Origin: Alphaproteobacteria bacterium
GTDB lineage: Bacteria > Pseudomonadota > Alphaproteobacteria > RF32 > CAG-239
Assembly (NCBI GenBank): GCA_015062585.1
Contig: SUUJ01000001.1
Location: 72,736 to 136,735 of the forward strand
DNA: 64,000 nt
Direction: 5' to 3'
This document shows, in pieces, positions 57,653 to 64,000 of this stretch. The position numbers were made by a program, and so were the translations under genes. The notes below the pieces were generated by a model, which worked only from the letters and a program-made list of their open reading frames with translations, ran no database searches and was not told where the DNA came from. The number at the start of each line of letters is the position of its first letter. The first letter of the stretch is position 1.

Positions 57653-58379
57653 ATGCAGAATTTACAAGAAAATACATGGACTGATGAAGAAGTAAAACGC
57701 TTTTGGGATTATCAATCTACAATTCCGGAAAATTATTTTACATATCAAATTGGCGATAAATTGGTAGACTTTTTTAGAGAATATATAAAAGATGATATTT
57801 TTGTTTTAGACTACGGTGCAGGTGCAGGGTTTTTTAGTGAACAAGTCTTGAAAAAAACTAATGCTAAAATAACATCTTGCGATTTTTCACCTGAATCTGT
57901 TAAAAAAGAAATTGAAAGATGTTCAAAATATCATAATTATCAAGGTGGATATACTGTTGATGAATTAATCAAACAAAATAAAAAGTTTGATTTAATTTTT
58001 TTGTTTTGAAGTAATTGAACACTGCAACGACAATTATTTAAATTTAACATTTGAAAATTTTAAAAATCTATTATCAGAAAACGGCAAAATTATTGTTTCA
58101 ACGCCAAATAATGAAAATCTGAGAAGAAATTATATTGCTTGCCCTTGTTGCGGAAAAGTTTTTCACAGATGGCAGCATGAAAGAAGCTGGACCAAAGAAT
58201 CCTTATCAGAATATGCTAAAAATCAAGGATTGGATGTTATAAGTGTTAATCCTACTAATTTTACTATCACTAAGAGTAAAAAAACAATTTTAACAAAATT
58301 TGGGTTAGCAAAAAGAAAAGACATAATAGAAAAGAATAATCCCAATGGGTATAATTTAATTGGCATATTTAGAAATTAA
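57653..58379 (+). pseudogene. SAM-dependent methyltransferase interrupted by a +1/-1 frameshift at a T7 tract
   Basis: Frame 1 ends 'DLIFLF*' at 58009. Shifting one nt after the T7 run (57988-57994) gives a continuous C-terminal ORF '..EVIEHCNDNYLNL..CPCCGKVFHRWQHE..' ending at 58379. Confidence 0.6.
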
Positions 58380-58397
58380 TATTTATAGGATAAAGAA

Positions 58398-59480
58398 ATG
58401 AAATTAATTGAAAAAATAAAGGAAAAAGATGGCGCAAGGCAAATAAATATTTGTGGCATAAAAGTGTTAAGATACAATAAATATGATAATTTGTTGTTGA
58501 ATACCTTTTCTATAAGAACTCATCACGATTGGACGTGTTCCTATAAATATATGACTATTTTAGGTTTTAAGTTTATCATTTGGCCAAGATATATGATGAT
58601 TTATGCAAAGCGTTTTAAAAAAGAACTTTCTTTGAAAGATAAAAAATATATTTTGGAATATCAATTTAAAAGAAGAATGGGATATAAACCAAATATTGAT
58701 AATCCAACAACTTTTAATGAAAAACTTCAATGGTTAAAATTGTATTATCACAATCCTGTGATGACAACTTGTGCAGATAAATATTCAGTTAAAAGTTATG
58801 TCTCTGAAAAAGTTGGCACAGAGCATGTAGTACCTTTACTTGGAGTTTGGGATAAACCTGAAGATATAGAGTTTGATAAACTCCCTAATCAGTTTGTTCT
58901 AAAAACTACCTGGGGCTGTGGTAATAATTTAATAGTAAAAGACAAATCAAAACTTAATATTGAAGAAACAAGAACTATATTTAAGAAATGGCTGAATATC
59001 AAAAAAAATCACTATTATCTTTCTTTCGAATGGGGATATAAAAATATTGTTCCAAGAATTATAGCTGAAGAATATGTTGGCGAATTAGGTGACAATTTGA
59101 CATGTTATAAAATTTTTAACTTTAATTCTAAGCCATATTTAATTCAAGCTGTTTTTGACGACAAAACAAGTTATGAAACAATCAATTATTACGATTTGAA
59201 TTGGAATAAATTGGACTTGCGGCAAAATTTTCCAAATAATGAAAATGAAATGCCAAAACCAAAAAATCTTGATAAAATGCTTAAATTATCCGAAAAATTG
59301 GCTCAAGAATTTCCTTATTTTGTAAGGGTAGATTTTTATGAATTCGGAAATAAAGTTCTATTCAGCGAATTCACATTTTATTCCGATAATGGTATGGCTA
59401 AATTTCAACCAGAAGAATGGGATAAAAAACTTGGCAAGTTAATTCATCTGCCAACAGATAATAAATCAAAAGTAGGATAA
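58398..59480 (+). CDS. ATP-grasp-fold (TupA-like) amidoligase-family protein, tentative
   Basis: 360 aa, 'FVLKTTWGCGNNLIVKDKSK' region reminiscent of ATP-grasp nucleotide-binding strands. Common in polysaccharide loci. Not verified. Confidence 0.35.
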   Translation: MKLIEKIKEKDGARQINICGIKVLRYNKYDNLLLNTFSIRTHHDWTCSYKYMTILGFKFIIWPRYMMIYAKRFKKELSLKDKKYILEYQFKRRMGYKPNIDNPTTFNEKLQWLKLYYHNPVMTTCADKYSVKSYVSEKVGTEHVVPLLGVWDKPEDIEFDKLPNQFVLKTTWGCGNNLIVKDKSKLNIEETRTIFKKWLNIKKNHYYLSFEWGYKNIVPRIIAEEYVGELGDNLTCYKIFNFNSKPYLIQAVFDDKTSYETINYYDLNWNKLDLRQNFPNNENEMPKPKNLDKMLKLSEKLAQEFPYFVRVDFYEFGNKVLFSEFTFYSDNGMAKFQPEEWDKKLGKLIHLPTDNKSKVG

Positions 59481-59485
59481 TAAAA

Positions 59486-60901
59486 ATGTATATAGAAGAC
59501 AGATATATTTATGAAAAGTTTCCCAATGGCAAGGGGGGGTATGAATGGTGTGAAATACCATTAAATATTGATGGTCCTTATTATGCTCCATCTCCGTTAA
59601 TAAACCTACAGGCTGATGAAGATGTTATTTTATCATCATTTAAGGCAACTGTTAGAAATGAAATTCGTCGTTGTGAAAAAGATGATGCTCCTATTTTAAA
59701 TTTGAACACAAATCCATCAAAGATTGATATTGAATTGCTATTGCAAAAGTATGAGGAATTTGCCAAATCAAAAGGTTTAGAAAATATATTAGAACAAAAT
59801 ATAAATCACTATAGAAACTATTTGGGAATATTAGCTAAAAACAATTGTTTGGTTATAGCAACCGCAACTACTGATAACAATGAAAATTGCAGGGTGACAG
59901 ATGCTCTATTTATGAAAAAAGAGTGTGGATATTCTCGTTTAAATGTATCTGTCTCTAATTTTCGATATCAAGATAAAGAAATACAAAAAATAAATTCCAG
60001 ATTAAATAAATGGTTAAAATATCAGGAATGTAAATTTTTTAAGAGTTCTGGTATAAAATATTTTGATTTGGGAGGAGCCCCAAAAGACAAAGTGGAAGAT
60101 GAGCAAATAAATATGGTACGCGACTTTAAACTAAGTTTTTCTAATAATTTTGCTTGCTTTTATAATTTTGAAATTCTCAAAAAAAGAAGTTGGTGGTATA
60201 ATTTCAGACATAACATAAAAAACAGCACCCAAAAATCCAAACAATCTAGAATATGTTTATTATTTGATAAAAAAGTTGACGATCATGCATATGAAATAGT
60301 AAATCAGCTGGCCTATTGTTATTGCTTCGACATAAAACTTTTTAATAATTACAATAAGAACAATAGTTATGACCTAGTTCATATTGCTGACAAAAATCTA
60401 TTTGATAAAGATATAAGAAATATAAAAATAATAAAACAAGATTTTAGGTCGGATAATATCGGTTTCAATCCTTTACAATATTTTTATGCAAGGAATAGAT
60501 TAGGTGAGTTACAGATATTAAATCAATCCGATTATTCTGCTGACTTTATTGCAAATGCAAAATTTGAACAATATAATAATTTTGATGTCTATGTATGTAC
60601 TAAAAATGATATATCGCTTGTTTATGCGATGGCCTGCGGTTGTTTTCCAATTTGTCAAATTAGCGACCTGTCTAAACAGATAATTCGCCATAAACAAAAT
60701 GGGTTTATTTTGGAAAACAATACCGAAGATGAATTAAAAGCGGCTATTTCTTGGTGCAATGATCATACTAACTTTATAAGAAGAGAAAGTATACAGATTG
60801 CGAAGGATATTTATAACTCTCATCGCTGGGAAATAGTATCACAGCGATATAAAGAGTTGTATGATAATTCCATAAACAACGAAAAAAGCTCTGATAGTTA
60901 A
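59486..60901 (+). CDS. protein with unknown N-terminal domain and GT4-like C-terminal domain
   Basis: C-terminal 'VYAMACGCFPICQISDLSKQIIRHKQNGFILE' is paralogous to the C-terminus of 55342-57642. Confidence 0.5.
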   Translation: MYIEDRYIYEKFPNGKGGYEWCEIPLNIDGPYYAPSPLINLQADEDVILSSFKATVRNEIRRCEKDDAPILNLNTNPSKIDIELLLQKYEEFAKSKGLENILEQNINHYRNYLGILAKNNCLVIATATTDNNENCRVTDALFMKKECGYSRLNVSVSNFRYQDKEIQKINSRLNKWLKYQECKFFKSSGIKYFDLGGAPKDKVEDEQINMVRDFKLSFSNNFACFYNFEILKKRSWWYNFRHNIKNSTQKSKQSRICLLFDKKVDDHAYEIVNQLAYCYCFDIKLFNNYNKNNSYDLVHIADKNLFDKDIRNIKIIKQDFRSDNIGFNPLQYFYARNRLGELQILNQSDYSADFIANAKFEQYNNFDVYVCTKNDISLVYAMACGCFPICQISDLSKQIIRHKQNGFILENNTEDELKAAISWCNDHTNFIRRESIQIAKDIYNSHRWEIVSQRYKELYDNSINNEKSSDS

Positions 60902-60915
60902 ATCAGAGCTTTTTC
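60878..60915 (+). terminator. rho-independent terminator closing the polysaccharide operon
   Basis: agctctgat-agttaa-atcagagcttttt. Confidence 0.6.
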
Positions 60916-60920
60916 TTAGT

Positions 60921-61006
60921 TGGTAGGGGTAGTCAGACTCGAACTGACACGGCCTGAGGCCACAAGATTTTGAGTCTAGCGCGTCTACCAGTTCCGCCAT
61001 ACCCCC
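60921..61006 (-). tRNA. tRNA-Leu (CAA)
   Basis: Minus-strand read GGGGGTATGGCGGAACTGGTAGACGCGCTAGACTCAAAATCT..long variable arm..GTCAGTTCGAGTCTGACTACCCCTACCA. Anticodon loop CTCAAAA. 86 nt. Confidence 0.85.
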
Positions 61007-61116
61007 ATAAACTGAAAGCATTGATAATATATTTATTTGATATAGTCAATACTTTTTTTATCAAATTTTATATTTTTTTACACAGTTAATAATTTTGCTC
61101 AAATCAAAGAGCATCG

Positions 61117-61482
61117 TTACGCATTACCGGATAGGCCTCTGGCTATGTTCATATTGATACTGATTAGAATATCAAGCTTTTGCGGTTCCGGTTTAGCGAT
61201 GATTTCTGTGGTGCGCTTAAAAATGAAATTAGCCAAATTTAAGATATTTTGCTTTATCTCAAGCGGCTGAGGACAGTCTTCTTCCTGCATGGCCGAAGCC
61301 AAAATACTCCACAAGCGTCGATTCTTATCCAAAGCCTTGCTCAAATCTTCTTTTGCTTTGTTTTCCCAGTTTTCTTTAACGGAATTAAGGGCAGAAGCGG
61401 TATTTATCAAGGCTCTTATTTCCAATTCGGCCTCGTTCATACCGGCAATTTCGTTTTGAATATATCCGCCTGTTGTATTCAT
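61117..61482 (-). CDS. FlaF-like flagellin-synthesis regulator (tentative)
   Basis: 121 aa helical protein. Size and alphaproteobacterial context. Similarity judged from memory only. Confidence 0.3.
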   Translation of the reverse strand: MNTTGGYIQNEIAGMNEAELEIRALINTASALNSVKENWENKAKEDLSKALDKNRRLWSILASAMQEEDCPQPLEIKQNILNLANFIFKRTTEIIAKPEPQKLDILISINMNIARGLSGNA

Positions 61483-61576
61483 TTATTAAGCAATCCTTCA
61501 AAATAAAGTTTTTTTTAACAGATAAGTTGTACAATACACACAAACTATATATACAACTGTGGAGATAAAAGCAACA

Positions 61577-62476
61577 ATGAAAAAGATACTGCTAACAATT
61601 TTTACAACTGTTCTTTGTTTTAGTACATTAAATAAGGCGTACGGATTTGTCAGATATGAGGAAAAACACCCCAAAAAGACAATACTTGTAAATGTATCCG
61701 GAGTTGTACATTATGAACCGTTTGGTTGGGAAGAAAAAAATATCAGTGTAAAATTAAGCGGGTATCGTACGGTTTTTAAGCCGATACTCGATATTTTGGC
61801 CGCAGATATCAATGCCGACCTGAGATACAAGACATATTTCAAAAATGTTGAGGCTGCTATGAAGGAAGTGCGCAAAAATGATATCGATTTGTTCCTTGGG
61901 GCATACAGTAAAACAGAACTTTATAAAGGCTTACACTTCTTATATCCCGCAGTTTTGTACAATCCTATAACGGTTTTTATGATGCCAAACCGAATTGACG
62001 AGGTAAAATCTACCGACGATCTGAAAAAACTCAAAGGCGTAAGAATCGTTAGTGAGTTGTTCAGCGATTTTGTTGATAAAAAAGTATCAGAACTCAATCC
62101 GATAGAAGTAAACACACCCTACGAAGCCTTTGAAAAACTGTTTACCCGCGAGGCTGATTATATTATAACCAGCTACTACTCGGGAATGGTCGAAGCCATA
62201 AAGTTGGGATTGTTGCAACAAATTGCACCGGCTAAACAAACTTTGTGGAAAATCCCCATGTTTATCGGCGTAGGTAAAGCATCTATATATCGTGATAAGC
62301 TATCAAAAAGAATAACCAAATATTTAACCGATGAAAAAAACTTAAAGGCTGTCGAAGATCACTTGCAACAGTTGATAAAGGACTTAGAAAAGAAATATGA
62401 GGGCGTTGTTCCTCCGACATTTGTTTCTTTTAAGGATACCGATACACAGGTCACATCACCTGATAATGCGCAATAA
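61577..62476 (+). CDS. periplasmic solute-binding protein (family-3-like), signal peptide
   Basis: Signal 'MKKILLTIFTTVLCFSTLNKAYG'. ~300 aa two-lobe SBP size. GGAGA RBS. Confidence 0.45.
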   Translation: MKKILLTIFTTVLCFSTLNKAYGFVRYEEKHPKKTILVNVSGVVHYEPFGWEEKNISVKLSGYRTVFKPILDILAADINADLRYKTYFKNVEAAMKEVRKNDIDLFLGAYSKTELYKGLHFLYPAVLYNPITVFMMPNRIDEVKSTDDLKKLKGVRIVSELFSDFVDKKVSELNPIEVNTPYEAFEKLFTREADYIITSYYSGMVEAIKLGLLQQIAPAKQTLWKIPMFIGVGKASIYRDKLSKRITKYLTDEKNLKAVEDHLQQLIKDLEKKYEGVVPPTFVSFKDTDTQVTSPDNAQ

Positions 62477-62568
62477 ATAAAGAGAAAATATCCTTTTTTG
62501 TACTCGTGTTTGAAAAATATAATAACAAGCTTGACGACGCGTAAATCAGCATATATATTCGAGTTGTT

Positions 62569-63234
62569 ATGGTTTTATTGGTTCATCACACAACATCGCC
62601 GTTTGCTCGTAAAATACGCCTGCAAATGAGCGAAAAGAAAATGCTCTTCGTCTTAAAGGAAGAAGAGCCATGGAATTTATCGCCCGATTTGTACAAGCTT
62701 AATCCCGCCGGCGAGCTACCGGTATTTTTGAACGACGGCAATGTGATTGTCGGTCATTATGCTATATCCGAATTTTTAGAAGAAACTCAGACAGAAACTC
62801 CGCTTATCTATGGACCTGCTAAGCAAAAAGCCGAAATTCGTCGTATGATAGACTGGTTTGACAACAAGTTTTATCGCGAAGTTTATCAAAATATTGTCTT
62901 TGAAAAGGTAAACAAACGATTTTCCAGCGGAATGGCGCCTGATTCCAAAACCTTGAAAATAGGGCTAAACAATATCGGATACCATCTCGAATATATTGAA
63001 TGGCTTTTGAGCAAGCATCAATATTTGGTTGGTGAAGAGCTTACTTTGGCTGATTTGACTGCCGCGGCTCATTTTTCCGTTATAGATTATTTGGGTGATG
63101 TGCCTTGGGATGAGTTTCCGGCCTCAAAATTATGGTATTCTAAAATAAAATCTCGCCCTTCGTTTAAGGATTTGTTGAAAGATACCATAAAAGGCATATT
63201 GCCTGCAAAAAATTATACTAATTTGGATTTTTGA
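62569..63234 (+). CDS. glutathione S-transferase family protein
   Basis: N-terminal 'LLVHHTTSPFARKIRL' thioredoxin-like GST motif. 221 aa. Confidence 0.65.
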   Translation: MVLLVHHTTSPFARKIRLQMSEKKMLFVLKEEEPWNLSPDLYKLNPAGELPVFLNDGNVIVGHYAISEFLEETQTETPLIYGPAKQKAEIRRMIDWFDNKFYREVYQNIVFEKVNKRFSSGMAPDSKTLKIGLNNIGYHLEYIEWLLSKHQYLVGEELTLADLTAAAHFSVIDYLGDVPWDEFPASKLWYSKIKSRPSFKDLLKDTIKGILPAKNYTNLDF

Positions 63235-63235
63235 T

Positions 63236-63700
63236 ATGAAAAAAATAATACTTGTTGCTTGCATATTTCTTTGTTCATGCTCTTACTTCGGCGGAGGAAG
63301 AGGGCAGTTGGTATACCATTGGGAGCGCCTCAACACCGGTGTTGAAAAATTCTCTCGAGACCACAGCGAATGTATGCGCTCAGCCAAGGCAATAAGCTTT
63401 ATGCCCGATTTTCGTTCTTGGTTTTATACCGAAGAAACCAAGTTAAATACCAAGGCTGACTGGAACTCTACCAGCGGTATTTGGGCAAGTTATATACCAT
63501 ATGCCGGTGCTCAACCGTTGATTGTTAATTCTCCGGTTGATGATATAGATGTCGATCCGCAAGAATATGTTGCTTGCATGAAACAAAAAGGCTATTGGTT
63601 CCGCAATCATACCATCCCTGAGATTACCAATATCAACCTTTATAAAGCCCGCAGACCTATGTTAAGCAATCCTTTCGGTCGCCCTGAGCACTATAATTAG
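63236..63700 (+). CDS. lipoprotein of unknown function
   Basis: Lipobox 'ILVACIFLCSCS'. Confidence 0.5.
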   Translation: MKKIILVACIFLCSCSYFGGGRGQLVYHWERLNTGVEKFSRDHSECMRSAKAISFMPDFRSWFYTEETKLNTKADWNSTSGIWASYIPYAGAQPLIVNSPVDDIDVDPQEYVACMKQKGYWFRNHTIPEITNINLYKARRPMLSNPFGRPEHYN

Positions 63701-64000
63701 TCCTTGTCTCGCCTCCGATAGCTTTGTAAAAATAGATAACTTGTATAAGTAAGTCGTTCAATGCTTGGTGTTTTTGAATTTGTGCTGATATTTTATCTTT
63801 TTCGGCATCTAAAAAATCACTAAAGGCAATAAGACCTTGCGTATATTTTGTATTACTCAGCTCGGCAATATTTTGGTAAAGCGCTGAATTATCCTTAGCT
63901 AAAGTATAGTTTTCAATACTTTCTTCGACATTTTTGATAGAATTTGAAACATCGGCAATTGCTTGTAAAACTGCAATTTTATAGTTGTTTAAGGCCTCTT
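63657..64000 (-). CDS. TolC-like outer-membrane efflux protein, C-terminal part (gene continues beyond the window)
   Basis: Hand translation of the minus strand ends '..LIQVIYFYKAIGGETRTNYSAQGDRKDCLT*', resembling the outer-membrane-factor C-terminal 'LYKALGGGW' motif. Overlaps the convergent lipoprotein gene by ~44 nt. Confidence 0.4.
   Translation of the reverse strand, partial: EALNNYKIAVLQAIADVSNSIKNVEESIENYTLAKDNSALYQNIAELSNTKYTQGLIAFSDFLDAEKDKISAQIQKHQALNDLLIQVIYFYKAIGGETRTNYSAQGDRKDCLT

Noticed and set aside
1-64000. CRISPR arrays, other regularly spaced direct repeats, or cas-like genes
   Set aside because: No array of short direct repeats with unique spacers was seen. The only tandem repeats are the coding 21-nt heptad repeats at 32100-32650.

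Overview
The window is AT-rich (roughly one-third GC) and looks alphaproteobacterial, possibly from a host-associated bacterium. Evidence: a nuoL/M/N-like–birA–RNase J gene order, a FlaF-like gene, bactofilin, flgE and very divergent core proteins. Five blocks are visible. (1) 1-12.3 kb is core: three highly diverged NuoL/M/N-like antiporter subunits, birA, RNase J, a PAS histidine kinase, mutS, and a flavin-reductase + rubredoxin pair. (2) 12.4-14.8 kb encodes secreted proteins, one of them cysteine-rich with an internal repeat. (3) 14.9-32.7 kb is a compact podovirus-like prophage with no integrase or replication genes. It runs from a CI/S24 repressor and candidate operators through terminase S/L, a GroES-like gene, portal, scaffold, capsid and two collar-domain tail fibres to holin, GH24 endolysin and overlapping spanins. 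It ends convergent with a repeat-containing M23 peptidase and abuts tRNA-Asp(GTC). (4) 33-37.9 kb carries a DUF2934/H1-like gene, a GtrA-like gene, flgE, a bactofilin + M23 peptidase pair, and an isolated Hin-like serine recombinase. (5) 37.9-60.9 kb is a surface-polysaccharide locus ending at tRNA-Leu(CAA). It is built as two divergent operons: a CDP-3,6-dideoxy/branched-sugar arm (ddhABC + TPP enzyme + reductase) and a UDP-uronic-acid arm (truncated Ugd-like, GlcA 4-epimerase, acetyltransferase, methyltransferases, GT4s). The most notable feature lies at the hinge between these operons. Two ~95 % identical, head-to-head GT2 genes flank a 225-bp spacer. That spacer holds a 117-bp segment bounded by perfect 21-bp inverted repeats. 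This is the layout of an invertible promoter switch that could toggle between two alternative glycan operons, and the serine recombinase is the candidate invertase. Other points are a T7 frameshift in a methyltransferase and a recurring basic 'LG-x-K/Q-x-x-F/W-K' terminal motif on five enzymes of the locus. A split rubredoxin ORF is missed by the ORF track. A GC-rich structured non-coding stretch follows tRNA-Asp. No CRISPR array was seen.
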